Shown in pieces: positions 29,441-46,284 of a stretch of DNA of 64,000 nucleotides; within the stretch, counting starts at the first letter, position 1, and each line of letters begins with the position of its first letter. This stretch comes from Eledone cirrhosa (Eukaryota). The stretch is from the NCBI GenBank assembly GCA_964016885.1, contig OZ024743.1, forward strand, positions 123,008,001-123,072,000. Direction: 5' to 3'. A program made the position numbers and the translations under genes. The notes beneath the pieces are model-generated. The model made no database searches, was not told the origin of the DNA, and saw only the letters and a program-made list of their open reading frames with translations.

Positions 29441-29857
29441 AGATCAAAGATGGTTAAAGGAGTTCCATGTATTTTATTATGCGCATTTCAAAAACAAACA
29501 TCATCAAGCAATAATATTTGTGTTTTCATCAGATAAAACAGGAGAACATGATATGAAGGCTAAAAAACACTTGTGGATAGTGCAGTTTTAAATCAACATG
29601 ATATGTTGATTTAAAACTGCACTATCCACAAGTGTTTTTTAGCCTTCATATCATGTTCTCCTGTTTTATCTGATGAAAACACAAATATTATTGCTTGATG
29701 ATGTTTGTTTTTGAAATGCGCATAATAAAATACATGGAACTCCTTTAACCATCTTTGATCTTATATTATGTATACTCCAGTCCTACAAACTGTAGAGTGC
29801 TTCTTATCCGATATCTGCATTGCTTTATTGTACTACAATAAAACTCACCTCCTACAT
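29433..29857. mobile_element. Fold-back element: perfect 167 bp palindrome plus tail
   Basis: 29433-29599 is the reverse complement of 29603-29769 (3 nt loop); TACTC..GAGTG hairpin follows; flanked by (TA)n. Confidence 0.9.
29664..29730 (+). ncRNA. Type I hammerhead ribozyme (mirror copy on minus at 29472-29538)
   Basis: TTTTAT-CTGATGA-16 bp stem II-GAAA-TGCGCA-TA-ATAAAA; palindromic stem III ATGCGCAT; AUA triplet. Confidence 0.8.
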
Positions 29858-29875
29858 TATATATATATATATATC

Positions 29876-30167
<292 letters not shown>

Positions 30168-30464
30168 CACAAGAGTATTCGTTACTCTTTCTGTTATATA
30201 TTTATACTTATGACTATTCTGGGATGTTCTGGGTTATAACTAAAGCAAATCTAGGAAGGATTATTACTGGATTCAGACATCTCATAGAATAGGTTCGACA
30301 AGGACTTACCCTTATATCATTCCAACATATGCTCCCGCCTGTACTCATTAATGTGTACCGATAAACATCTGCGCGGTTTGTTTATGTATAATATTATATA
30401 TTATATGTACGTACACTAACACGCACACTCTAACACATACACACTCAGATACACACACACACAT

Positions 30465-30526
<62 letters not shown>

Positions 30527-30705
30527 AAATGAAGTAACGGAGTCAGAAACTCGCATTAGTCCTTGTTATTTATGAGCTCAGAGTAATGAGAATCCTGGGC
30601 TCTTCAAATAAAATATAGAGCAGAAAACACACGAGAGAGAGAGAGAGAGTGCGTGCGTGTTTATCTTTTGATACACACTCTCTCTCATGTATTATCTTTT
30701 CTATA

Positions 30706-30767
<62 letters not shown>

Positions 30768-30861
30768 GTGTATATATATATATATATAAACGTGTATATA
30801 TATATATATAAACGTATACATATATAAACGTATATATATATACACGTAGACATATATAAAC

Positions 30862-30900
<39 letters not shown>

Positions 30901-31203
30901 AATACACATATAGATATATAATGTGTGCGTATCTATAAAACGGCGAGCAGTTGGGAAGCCTATTGTAACTTAGCACTAAAAGGCATGCTAATCTATCAAA
31001 TATGAGGAATGTTCATATAACATTAAGTGTAAACAGTGTTTAAGTTACACAATTCCTCGCTATTTCATCGTTTTACTGTAGTACATAACAGAATGGCTGG
31101 TATGTAGCCAGACATAACAGTGTTATATGTACTGAACTTTACTTCAAATAGACGACTAAGGATAATTATGACATATAATGTATGTACATATGCGCACGCA
31201 GAA

Positions 31204-31281
<78 letters not shown>

Positions 31282-31950
31282 TAGGAAAATCTGCTTCGTA
31301 GAATCAAGACGTATCTGAGGACCTTGCGATTTTCAGAGTCAGTTTTGACTATCACATCGATCGTGCCTCGAGCTGGTCGCCAGAGAAACGATTGTAATAT
31401 GTCCAATAAATTCCATTCGTCGCAACACTGATTCTCTTTTTTTTCTGTGATATATATATATCATAGAAAAAAAGACATATTACAATATATGCATACATAT
31501 GCGTGCGTGTATGCGCGCCTGTACGTGTTTCTTGTAAGATATGACTCACTTATATATTTTATGTCACACTATGGTATTCAAATTGCTGAAATAGCAGTTG
31601 AATTTCCTTCAAAACCTCCGCTGCAATCAATAAAAATTGAAGGAGATGCTCATTTCGAAAATAAAACAGGATGGTTACGACGGGAATAGCTTTCACTTGC
31701 CGAAGGCAACAAAACATGAAGGATAAGAAACTATTTAAGGGTAGGTAGGTATGTAGGTATGTAGTAAATTCGCCGTGTAAATGGTTGCAACATGATTGAA
31801 TGGCATAGCATGCACCCGTAACTCTTTGTGGAGTCGTAGGAGGGAGAAAGAGATAGAGAGACAGAGAGAGAGAGTGTGTGTGTGTGTGAGAGAGAGAGGG
31901 GGTGTCTGTGTGTGTGTAAGAGAGAGAGAGACAGAGAGAGAGAGAGAGAA

Positions 31951-31996
<46 letters not shown>

Positions 31997-31999
31997 AAC

Positions 32000-32166
32000 T
32001 ATTTCATCTGATGAACGACCTGGACGTTTCTTTAAAGATCATCTAGTCTCCTGAAACCTTTGGTAATGGAATAATTATATTGTGTTGTTTACTATGTACT
32101 TAAATAGCTCTGTACTATACATAGAGCACACTTCTTTCCTTTACGTTTTCTACGGAAATTCTTAAC
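32000..32166 (+). mobile_element. Family B element with HHR motif (32004-32076)
   Basis: CTGATGA..GAAACCTTTGGTAATGGAATA and GCTCT-GTA..TAC-AT-AGAGCAC; homologous to 41749-41920. Confidence 0.75.
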
Positions 32167-32211
32167 ACACACATACACACACACATATACACACACATAT
32201 ATATATATGAC

Positions 32212-32350
32212 AAGTAAGTATGTTTTGAAACAGTGAGCAGGTTTGAAATTAGAAAATAGAATAGCTTTCACCGTATTTTTGACTGAAGAAATTTTAGCCT
32301 GATAATGGGGTTTAGAACCCTCAGATCAATGGAAAAAGATGAGTATTGAC

Positions 32351-32354
<4 letters not shown>
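32212..32354 (-). mobile_element. (TA)n element family D, copy 2
   Basis: Homologous to 29876-30046. Confidence 0.75.
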
Positions 32355-32437
<83 letters not shown>

Positions 32438-32469
32438 AGGAATTAAAAAAGAGCTATAGAGGAAGGATT

Positions 32470-32610
32470 GATCCCAGCACTGGACTGGTAGGGTTTTTTT
32501 ATCGACCACAAAGCAATGAAATACGGAGACGAGCTCGGCGGAATTTAGACTCAGCATGAGAGCCTGAAATATTTTATCCGACGTTTTAACAGCTATACTA
32601 ATTTGCTTAC
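32470..32610 (-). mobile_element. Old degenerate SINE copy
   Basis: TTTTATCGACC..GGCGGAATTTAGACTCAG similarity to the SINE family. Confidence 0.65.
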
Positions 32611-32920
32611 TACATGATCGAATACTTACTGATTAGTTCTACATTTTTTTATTGACAACATAAGCACGTTTATTAACACCAACAGCCTACGTATGAAAGC
32701 TGAAGATCCTGGTGTGTCCTATTCATAATATTATAGACTCACTGCTGGACGTTTTACTGCACTGTAGGAAGAGAATTCACTGTTTGATCGCCGGATTGAT
32801 AAAGAATAAATCGATTGGAAAACAGATTCAGAGACAAATGGGTGAGACTGGGCGATATGTTGAAGTGTGCACGTCTGTGAAGTGGTGTGTGAGTGTGCCT
32901 GAGTGTGGTTGAATGCGTGC

Positions 32921-32951
<31 letters not shown>

Positions 32952-33027
32952 TGCGAGTTTATGATAGATCAATATATATATGTATATTCATATATGTGCG
33001 CATATGTGCGCGCGCGGGCACACACAG

Positions 33028-33108
<81 letters not shown>

Positions 33109-33286
33109 ATATAATATACAGTGTGCGGACGATATTTGTTTGCAAGATTATTTTCTAGGAAAAATTAATACAGTAGTTTTATTTTTTAAGATTTATTTAT
33201 AAAACTTGGGTCAGTTTGTCTTCATGCTCTTTCGATCTCACTCGATAAACCCGTATATATATAATATATATATTATATATATATAG

Positions 33287-34103
<817 letters not shown>

Positions 34104-34129
34104 GTAATAATTATATAAATTATATAAAT

Positions 34130-34161
<32 letters not shown>

Positions 34162-34177
34162 TACATATATTTATATA

Positions 34178-34275
<98 letters not shown>

Positions 34276-34364
34276 ATGTGTGTGTGTGTCCGCGCGCGCA
34301 CATGTACGCACACATATGAATATACATATATATTGATCTATCATATATATATATATATTGATCT

Positions 34365-34412
<48 letters not shown>

Positions 34413-34599
34413 TATATACATATATATATATACATATATATATATACATATATACATATATATATGTATATATATATACATATATACATATGTGTATATA
34501 TATACATATATATATATGTGTGTATATATATACATATATATATATATGAATATATATATCTGTATACATATATATATAAATATAGATGAGCCATATATC

Positions 34600-34636
<37 letters not shown>

Positions 34637-34819
34637 CGATTCGTTTGCGGGAAACCGCCTCATTACACTATGTTTGTGAATGACAGACATGCATCTTCTC
34701 TTTTGGTGATTTCACTAAACTGTGTCTTGTCAATCCTTTCGTTTTTATGGGCAGGTCAGCCTTGACACTGCCATATTTCATCTTCATCCAGACATTAACT
34801 AAAATATACACAACGATAC

Positions 34820-35135
34820 ATGCATACATTCATACATACATATATACATACATACGTACACACGCATACATACATACATACATACATACATACATACATA
34901 CATACATACATACATACATACATACATACATACACACGCATGCATACATACATACATACATACATACAAACATACGTACACAGGCATACATACATACACA
35001 CGCATGCATACATACATACATACATACATACATACATACATACATAGATACATACATACATACATACATACATACATACATACATACATACATACATACA
35101 TACATACATACATACATACATACATACAAACATAC
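34820..35135. repeat. (TACA)n microsatellite
   Basis: Directly visible. Confidence 0.95.
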
Positions 35136-35894
35136 GTCGTATGTTTACTTGAAAATATATTATGAAATTGGAAGTTATTTTACAGAAATGACTTTTGCTA
35201 CGTAGGAACATTGTTTGGAGTTCGATTACTCAGTGAAACCTTATAGTATCATGTATAGTCGATGGTTTATTAAATGTAAGGCAATGTTTGCCAAATAGTA
35301 AATACGTTTTTTGGATAGACTGATCCTCTTTTCTTAGATCCATTGGGTTCTCCTCATTTGCTTGCGTGGATGCAAGTTGAAGATAATCTCTCAGTTATGG
35401 TTCCCTTAGGAAAAGATATTCGATTTGAAACTGCACATTTGAATTGATGCAATCGAAATTAATCAACCCGCATCTAAATTTAAGTAGTAATTTGGGAAAT
35501 AATGAAAACTGATGTAAATGTATTCTTGGCATTTGATAGTACAATTATCGACTTTATCAGTGATTCACTGAAGGCTTCTTTTAAATGCAATATTGTGATG
35601 CTGTATGATGGGAGAGATTATTTCATAGAAACATGTTAAGCTTCCTATTGAGCGTCATAAACATCACCATTTCTGCACTCTGATGTATGATAAACACACA
35701 TGATGTTACAGAGGTAACACTTATAGTTAATTGAAGGTGACAAATCCAATATAATATTATATGTATGCGAACCAAGTAGAGATGCACTTGAGACAATTAG
35801 TTAATCCACATATGAATATATTTGTACTAACTAAATGAGAGTGTATTTCTCCCACAATTCTTCTATCTCTGTTTCTCTATCGTTATATATGTAC

Positions 35895-35972
<78 letters not shown>

Positions 35973-35999
35973 CATACGTTTATATATCTATCTATCTAT

Positions 36000-36684
36000 C
36001 CTGCCAAAAGGACCTGCCCAAGATGCAAGCAGGACATTAAAACCGTTCTGCATGCAATTGTTCAGTGCCCAGGGGTGACCGACCTGTGGAATTATGTCAA
36101 ACAGCTACTGTCACGTGTGGGACACATCCAATTGTCAGCGGAGTCCATCATGAGGATCACCCCGCTGCCTTCATTTAAGAATAAAGGAGAGGCGGTTTTC
36201 CTCTCTCTGGTGGCTAGTGCAAAAAAGGTAACATGGCAGACGAGGTTTAAAGAACTGAGCGCAAACACCTTCTTCTCCGGACAACAACTCAACTCCTTCT
36301 TTAAATACCACTTCAGAAGGAAGGTGATAGTGGAGAGAGAGGTGCTACACCCCAGTAAATTCGCTGAAAGGTGGGAGAATGTGGCGAAAATGGACCGTGA
36401 ATGGGCCTTCTCTGTATATAAACCTGTAGGTTGAGGAAGACAAAAAGAGGGAAGACAGGAACACATACAAAACGTGCTCCTGGTGTTGAGGGTTGTTCTA
36501 TCTAAGGGGTGTAAAACAACCACGCAGTAACGATCCTCCCTATTGGGATTTCGATTGTTATCTTATTTTATATATAGTTTATTGTTATTTATTAATACTA
36601 AAGTTATATGATTTTTATATTAAAAAAAAACCCGCGTCACGTCTTGTAATGTCCCATTTTGTACGCCCTTGTGGCAAAAAAAGA
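36000..36684 (+). mobile_element. Tx1-like L1 3' fragment (CCHC finger plus 3' UTR), ending in (TC)n
   Basis: CPRCKQDIKTVLHAIVQC; homologous to 44510-45239; 3' end GCCCTTGTGGCAAAAAAAGA. Confidence 0.88.
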
Positions 36685-36686
36685 TC

Positions 36687-36851
<165 letters not shown>

Positions 36852-36880
36852 TATATATACATATATACTACACTATATTA

Positions 36881-37200
36881 TTAATGAAAAGAGTGGTGTG
36901 CCCATGCGCGGGGACACTATAAAATGGCTTATAAAGGAGGTGTAGTCATTTGAAGACGGAAAAAGAGATTGTTATCTGCTACTATGAGGAATCGAACTCT
37001 ATATCTCAGAGATACCGGTCAGATACGGTGTTCGATTCCTCTTAGCGGCTGATAGCAACGTCTTTGTCCGTAGTTGTCTTCACCTTATTTTATAAGCTAT
37101 TTTATGGTATCCCCGCACATGAGCACACCAGTCTTCATATTAACTTTATTCACTTAGCGCGTCATAAACATTGTTTACCTACATGATACTGTTTTATATT
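36881..37200. mobile_element. Fold-back repeat with tRNA-like B box
   Basis: Diverged arms 36881-36997 / 37030-37143; GTTCGATTCC; related fragment at 42175-42290. Confidence 0.65.
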
Positions 37201-37703
37201 TTTATATATGCATATATGTATGCATGATGTTTCGTGTATCTATGTGTATGCATATTTAAAATATCGTACATTTGTGATTGTATGAATATATTATATGCTC
37301 ACTGATCTTTGGAACTAGTGTTTCAAGTGTATATTATATTATGTATATTTTATTCATGCAAACGAATTAGAATTACACATATAACTTAGGTTTCAAAAAT
37401 GATTCTTAAGTAAAAGTAACAGTGAAATAAAAAATGTCTCATAATAAATTCTCTCAAGAGAGATGTAAATATATGTACAAAACATAATTCATGGCTTTTC
37501 AGATCTCCGGGTGTAATTCTTGCCAGGAAAAAAAAATGTCTTTTTAAAATGCCCCTTCAACTACCCCGGGCAATCTAATTTGTAAACCAAACTAAACCAT
37601 TCTATTCAAATAAACAGCCGAAGGGAAAATCCTAGGTTTCCAGTCCTGTATTATTATGTTTAAAAACTACATATAGAGTTTTTTTGTGAAACTAAGAACT
37701 TGG

Positions 37704-37789
<86 letters not shown>

Positions 37790-38603
37790 TTACATACAGA
37801 GTATCCCCAATAAATGTATAGACACTTATATTAGAATGGTGTAGAATGGTGTTGAAATGTATATATATATATATATATTACGATGCTGGGAGCAGGCCTG
37901 CAGTCTATAGAAATTCTTTGTTTGGAAATACAAGTATAGTTATTATGTTATATCTCAACATTAGTTAAATCACTACTTTTAAGATTATGAACATGACCAC
38001 GACACCACCGACTCATGCACACACGCATCCACCATAGACAATATTGCTTTATACTAAAACCAATCGTAGCTATCAGAATCACTACGATACTTCATCACTA
38101 TTACTCTTAAAATGTTCCCACCAACCCCCAAATACCATCTAGTGCCATCAACAACAAGACAGTGAAAATCCATTAGGTGATGATAGTAACAGCCTAATTA
38201 ATACGGTTTAATATTACGAGTCAGTCACATAATAGTCAACCTTGCTTTTCATCTTACGGAATCAACAAAAATGAATACTAAAATATACTACTTCATATTA
38301 TATTGGCAATGCATTCTTCTTTACAAATTTCATCTTACTTGTAAGAAAACAATCATTATAGAATACATTTTATCAACTAGTTTCATCTCTAGTATGAAAA
38401 GCGAAAATGACTGAACCGTGAAGATATCGGTGGATTGTATATCGTCATTGTTCATTGAGCTGTCTTTACAGACATTACGTAACTGTCACTGCTCCCGTCC
38501 ATCTAGCTATAATAAAACGGGTGCAATGTAACAGCACAGCTCGGCTCTGTGAAGAGCAAATAATTGTTGACGCTTGTTTTGTTGGCTTGAATACAAGAGA
38601 TAG

Positions 38604-38754
<151 letters not shown>

Positions 38755-38841
38755 TATATACATATAAGTGTTATGTTTTTGTGTGCGCGTGTCTATATGT
38801 GTTTGTGTGTGTCTGTGTGTTTGGGTCTTTGTATGTGTGCT

Positions 38842-38875
<34 letters not shown>

Positions 38876-39915
38876 TCAGAGCGAATTACGCTGCTGAAAT
38901 TAGGAAACCCCGAGAGTCTTCACTAATACCTAGTTCCTGTTTTGTGCTGATTCAATGACAAAAAATGTAATGATTCAGTCGCAAAACAAAGTAATCCTTG
39001 AAGTTGTTTAATTATCAGTTTGCCGTTCAGGATCCTCAGAAGTATTCAAACCTATCCATAAGGATTCTTATTCTTTAGATGGATTTTACAGCATGCCATC
39101 TAACTTTGTATCTGTGAGATTGAAAGTTACAGGCAGGAGTTCTTTTGTGTCTTGTTGCTATTCACAGTGTTCTGACGACAGGCGGCGAAAAATAAAATGG
39201 AATTCTTTATATCTGGTCGAAATTCTATGTCTTCCATAGAAATAATTTAGTTCAATCGCATTACATTGTTTAATGAACCATGAAATAACTGGAGGTATTT
39301 AGCATTTAAATGAATCAGAATTTAGTTGAAAAGAGACTTAAATAATAATTGGAAACTTGACTTTTGTTGGCTTCACGAGATCGAAGTATTCAGTCGTAAA
39401 TTGCACATAAAAGTGTTTCGAAGCGATTCATTATATCGCAGAAAAAAAAGTCGAGATTAACTGTAACGTAGGCCGACTCACTTCCCGTAACCATGTACCG
39501 GTCATATTTTCTCTTTTTACGAACTTTACATTCAGACGTGTTTAACACTTAAGATATCCCAGAAGAGTAACTAAGGCTGTGATACTTTTGATATTATTTC
39601 TATTGTAATTGATGTTCACCGATTGTTTTGACAGATCGAGTGATTTAGCAAGCAGATATAAAAGCCAGAGCGTAATCATGTTTATAGTAACTTCAACATT
39701 GACAGGGTAACAGGTACAGAATATTTATTTTTATTTTATTTTATTTTATTTTATTTTATTTTATTTTATTTTATTACTTGTTACTTATCATTGAGGCTCC
39801 TGGCATTCCCTTCCCTTCCCTTCCTTTTTATACCTTTTCTCACGTTTGCATTTAAAGATTTAAAAGTGTTTTTTTACATTAAACACATGCTAGAGACTTA
39901 TAAATGGATTACAAG

Positions 39916-39959
<44 letters not shown>

Positions 39960-41444
39960 TGTGTGCGTGTGTCCGTGTTTGTGTATATACGAGTGACAGT
40001 CAACTATGTATATTTAAGAACGTATTACTTTCTGTATACTGGTCACATATCCTCTCTTTATCTGATGTGTATATCTGTATGGGATGTAAAAAGACTCGAA
40101 CATCAAAGTTCTTTTGTATTATTGCAAGATGCCAGACTCAGAGGACAGCGATGTTCACTTAATAAAAACATTAAAAGTCATTAGGTTCCTTTTAATGCTT
40201 AAACTGACAGTTCTACTTTCACTTAGTTTTCTCTGCTATGTTAGTTCTCTGTTTGAAAGGTGGGTGGTGTAGTGAGTGGCTCATTTCACAAATAAAAACA
40301 TGCAATCTGTACAATATGAGTTTATAGTCTCACACAATCGTTAAGATAAATTCCACTATGACACAGATGTAAGCCATCAAAGCTAACCAATTCCACTTCG
40401 GAGTGGAGGACGGTGAAATGAGAGCCCCATACTAAAGCCAACAATTCTGGTTACTTTTATCTTAATGCACTTTTTCTCATTGTGTTTCTTCTTCCCATTT
40501 CATAAATTCTCTGACCGCTTGCTCTTCTTTATACACTATTATTAGTCTCCAACCCAACCCCTTTGTGTTCTTTTCTCTTTCTTCTTCATTTCCATTTCCA
40601 CTCATGTTCTTATTCTTTCCTTAGTATTTCCTGACTCTTTTCATTTGTATTTGCTCACATCTCTCATCCAACACTCTCCAGAAGTGTAGAGCTCCAGAAA
40701 TCACTTTCCTCCTCATTTATTTCAATTTCATTTCCTCACATAACACATAGTGTTTCAGTATTCTTTTACAATCCCTTATCCATGAACACTTTCTAGTTCC
40801 TGTCCAATTGAATGACATTCTCTGAAAATTATCCCAAGTACATAAGGAGGCTCACTAGGAAAGGACGTTGGACTTTAGCTTTCAAATCATGAGTCATATA
40901 TTCTAGGACTCTTGAAAGCAAAACTTTCATCTAATTTCCCCTCTGGTGATGACATAGAAACCTTCTCTAAGAACGTCCGACAATTTAATAACATTTAACA
41001 ATAGTAATACAAGATTGTTATTATTGCCATTGACACACACTATAGATCACCGAATCTGCAGATTTTAGTATCGTCCATTCGATATCAAATACCGTACACT
41101 ATGTTATGGGATTGTTCATAGACTTCAATCCTTCTAATTGAATTTGTAGAAGTCAAATTTTCTGAAGAATAGCATATGGTGCCTTAATCGTGCAACTACA
41201 TTTCAGAAAAGAAAGTTTTATGGTGGACAAATTCGCAAGTAGAAATTAGCGAAGCTGGAAAACATGAGTAGACAGAAACATTGTAACGGCAATATTAAAG
41301 ATGTATTGCTCTGAATATTACAAGTAAAGTTAAATATGTTAAACATGGACGTTGTAAACTTCATGTCACAAGCTGTTACCTCGGATATATTAGTACAGTA
41401 ATTTCCTACCAGCTGACTATGTATTTACTGAAACGAATGATTGC

Positions 41445-41982
<538 letters not shown>

Positions 41983-42120
41983 AAAGTAGCATGTATATAT
42001 TCATTTTATTAAAGCTAAACAATGAGTTTGTTACTTGCCTATATATGTATGTGATGAGTCCGTGATAAACAGGCGAAACTCCAGTGTAACAAGACTGAAT
42101 ATTTAGCCTTAATAAAATGA

Positions 42121-42151
<31 letters not shown>

Positions 42152-42351
42152 TGTGTGTGTGTGTGTGTGTGTGTGCGTAATGTGTTAAAGCGCCTCGCCA
42201 GTATCTGGGGGATGTAGCGGCTGATGGCAACTACTTTTTCCGTCTTTAATGGTCCTCATCCTACTTTCTAAGCTATTTTATAGCATCTCTCCCCTCCCCT
42301 CTCTCTCTATATATACATATACATATATATACATATACATATATATATATT

Positions 42352-42382
<31 letters not shown>

Positions 42383-42424
42383 TGTGTGTGTGTTGTGTGT
42401 GTGTTGTGTGTGTGTGTGTGTGTG

Positions 42425-42505
<81 letters not shown>

Positions 42506-42931
42506 AATGTATATATAAATGTATATATAAATGTATACATATACAAACATGTTTAGTGGAAATATCAAGCAAGGAAATGTTCGTTGAAAGCTGAGTCATC
42601 AAAATTGTAGAAAAAACCCCTTTGCTTCGATAGTGTGATGTCTTTACACGTTAACGATTTTTCTTTTTTCGTAGTTATTCGCTGCCATGCCTCTCAACCC
42701 AATCAATGATTTTCCAGCATCATGCTGTGATCTTGTGTTTATCATGTCACAAGCTTTGCTTGCAGATCAAGAGCTGCAACTGTTTATTAGATCGGTTCTT
42801 TAGATTACTGTCGTATAATCCCCTAACGTCAAGAGAAAGGGTTTATACTTCCATATCTCTCTGTTTACAGTACTGACATTAGCTATTTGTTGATTAGAAA
42901 TAACATCAAAAAGGAAAATTATTATTATTAT

Positions 42932-45239
42932 GCATTTATGCCAGACTTGTTCGGTGACCTCTTGGCAGACGTCTACTGCAACTGAAGAGCAGAACGGGAG
43001 CATTCCCAGTTTTGTGAGCCGGTGAACGGTGGCGCTGCTGAGAAAAGACCCGAACAAGGGGGTTGTTATCGATAATTTCGGACCCTTAACCCTGCTAAAC
43101 GGAGTTTAAGATTTTGGCCAAGGTGTTAGAAACGAGGTTGGCGCTTGTCGTCAAGGGTTTGGTGGGAGAGGCGCAGACATGCGCCATTCCGGATAGATCC
43201 ATACACGACAACTTCGACCTCATGCGATACAGCATAGAGAGGGTGGTTAAGGAACCTGGCACGGGTGGGGCCCTGATCAACTTGGATCAATCCAAAGCAT
43301 TCGATAGAGTCGACTATCGGTACCTGGCGGCGGTCCTCGAGGCAGCTGGTTTCGGGCCCATTTTCAGGGGTTGGATCGCTGCGATGTACAGCGACATCTG
43401 CTCAGTTGTGAGGGTGAACGGTCACCTGTCGCAGCCGTTGAGCATCATGCGATCAGTCCGCCAGGGTTGTCCCCTCTCGTCCCTCTTGTACGTATTGGCT
43501 CTCGATCCGTTACTGCACAAACTGGGGAGATGAGGGGCGTCCCACGCGAACTAGGAGGCAGGAAATCCGAGTCGGCTTGCGCCGACGACGTCACCTTGGT
43601 GGTGTCGAGCACCAGACATCTCCAGATGCTCGACACCGCTCTCAAGAAATACGAAGCGGTGACAGGAGTAAAGATAAACCAGGAAACGTCGGCACCTGGA
43701 GAGGCAAGTCCATGCCGTCCGACAGCGTCGTGGGGCGTTGGACGGACGGACCGGTTAAATTGCTCGGGGTCTGGTTCGGACCGGACCTCCAGATGGAGAA
43801 ATACTGGAACGAGGTGACGAGCAAGGTGGCCTCCCTCACCCAGAAATGGGCCGAGAGGAGGCTGTCCCTGAAAGGCCGGGCGGAGGTGGCGAATGCGTAC
43901 ATCGCATCCGTCATCTGCTACCGTCTCAACGTCGTCCCTTGCCTCGGCCCAACTCTCACCAAAATGGAGCGCCTCCTCTTCCGCTTTGTGTGGAAGGGTC
44001 GCGCTCCCATGGTCAGGCGATCCATCTGCTGTCAACACTCGTTGCATGGAGGACTGGGAATGCCATGGCTGATGATGCTCAAAAATGCGCTGAGGCTGCG
44101 ACATCTCTGGTGCTTCCTTGACGGTGAACAGGTGTGGTCGCCGTTCGCTAGGCACGTTTTCCTACAGCTTGTCTCCTTGACGGAGCTGCAGTCCTGGGTC
44201 AGAAAAAGACCGAGGGATAGCGCTTGGAAACTGGAATGTCTCCAGGCGCTCACTGTCCTCTGCCAGCTGGGCACCAGTATCGGTGGAACATCAACCTCGG
44301 CGTTCTACAGAGGACTAGTGGAGGGGAAGAGCGACGACGTTTTCGGAGAGATCTTGGGCGTCGAAGAAGATCAGCTGTTTGCTCTCTTCTGGAAAACTTT
44401 CAGCCCAGGGTCTATGGATAACTTCCAAATATCCCTGGCCTGGCAGTGCTACCGGGGAGCGCTGCCAGTTCGAGATAAGCTCTACAGGCACGGAAGTGCC
44501 GTCAGCCGAGCCTGTCCGAGATGCGCGCAGAGCAACGAAACCGTTGTGCACGCACTCGTTCAGTGCCCGAGCATTGCTGACTTGTGAAGCTATGTCGAAC
44601 AGTTGCTATCGCGTGCAGGACTGATCCGGTTATCGACTGGGTCCATTGTGCAGCTGGTCTCGCCGTCTTCCTTCGATGAGGAAGGGCAGGCGGTTTTCAT
44701 CTCCCTGGTGGCCATGGCAAAAGAAATTGTGTGGTGGACAAGGTGGAAAGGGTTAAAGACAGACACTTTCCTCTTCGGCGAATCCCTAATTAACTTTTTC
44801 AAGTTTCACTTGAAGAGGAAAATCAGGGTGGAGAGGAAAGTGCTGCCTTCTAGCAAGTATGTTGAAAGGTGGGTGAATGTAGCGAGAATGGTCCGAGTGA
44901 CCGGGACCGCTCTGAATATACGTCTGTAGTTTGAGAGATGGAAAAATTGAGAGAGGGCGCTTGCCCTGGTAGTCAGGGTGGCCGTGGTCTTTTGTGTGGT
45001 TTTCGCCACATGTAACCCTCGGAGGTTTCCCCCCTATTGGGGAATTTTTCATTGTTTCAATTTTCATTTTTATTGTTTATATATATATATATATATATGT
45101 TTCTATGTCTTTATTTCTTTTCTTATATAAATAATAAAAATATTTACACGCACAAAACCCACACCGTACCGTCCTGTACCGTCCTGTGCCGTCTGTAATG
45201 TTTTTCTTCATGTCAGCCCTTGTGGCCAATAAAGAAATC
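42932..45239 (+). mobile_element. Tx1-like L1-superfamily LINE, 5'-truncated and disrupted (RT plus CCHC), subfamily A
   Basis: KILAKVL, LDQSKAFDRV, SVRQGCPLS, CADDVT, GGLGMP and CPRC..H..C motifs; stops and frameshifts; AATAAA then (ATT)n. Confidence 0.93.
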
Positions 45240-45252
45240 ATTATTATAATCA

Positions 45253-46231
45253 GAGGGAGCGCCTGGAGACTGGAATGTCTTCAGGCGCTCACAGCCCTCG
45301 ACCAATCGGGCAATGTGATCGGTGGAAACTCCACCTCGGCGTTCTATAGAGGATTAGTGGAGGGGAAGAGCGACGACGTACTTGGGGAAACTCTAGGCGT
45401 CGACGAAAATCAACTAGCCAATCTCTTCGGAAGAACTTTCGGGCCGGGGCCTATGGACAACTTCCAGAAATCTCTGGCCTGGCAGTGCTACCGAGGAGCC
45501 TTGCCAGTTCGGGATAAACTCTACAGGCATGGAGGTGCCGTCAGCCGGGCATGTCCGAGATGCGCGCAGGGCGACGAAACCGTCCTGCACGCACTCGTCC
45601 AGTGTCCGAAAATTGCTGACTTGTGGGTTTATGTCGAACACCTGCTGTCGCGTTTAGGACGGATCCAGCTATCATCTGAGTCTATCGTGAGGATTGCCCC
45701 GCCCTCCTCCTTTAGCCGGGAAGGGCAGGCAGTTTTTATCTGTCTGGTGGCCATGGCGAAAGAGATAGTATGGTGGACACGTTTGAAAGGGCTGAAGACG
45801 AGCACTTACCTCTTCGGTGATGCTCTGATTGACTTTTTCAAATTTCATTTGAAAAGGAAAATCAGAGTAGAGAAGGAAGTGCTCTCTTCCCAGCATTTTG
45901 TTGAAAGATGGGTGAGAGAAGCAAGAATGGCCCGAGTGAATGGGCCGACTCTGAGTATATATCTGTAAACTAAAGGTGGAAAACTGGGAGAGGGCACTTG
46001 CCTTGGTGGTCAGGGTCATTGTGGCTTTTTACTGGGCTTTCTCCACAAATGTCCCTCCGAAGTCTCCCCCCTATTGGGGAATTTTTCATTGTTATTTTCA
46101 TTGTTATTTTTGTTACATCCTCTGTTTTTGTTTTTTTTACACGCAGAAATGCCCATTTGTACCGTCCTGCATTGTCCTGCACTGTCCTTAATGTCTACTT
46201 TATGTAAACCCTTGTGGTTAATAAAGAAATC
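45253..46231 (+). mobile_element. Tx1-like LINE 3' fragment, subfamily B, TSD ATTATTATAATCA
   Basis: Open frame to 45968 homologous to subfamily A; TSD at 45240-45252 / 46232-46244. Confidence 0.93.
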
Positions 46232-46284
46232 ATTATTATAATCATTATGAAATTATTATTATTATTATTATTGTTATTGTTATT

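Noticed and set aside
37793-37830. Tc1/mariner TIR-like TACAGAGTATCCCCAATAAATGTATA
   Set aside because: No partner TIR found; too short to call
43445-44802. Minus-strand ORFs over the Tx1-like element, and plus-strand ORFs over the R4 element
   Set aside because: Antisense shadows of GC-richer TE coding sequence
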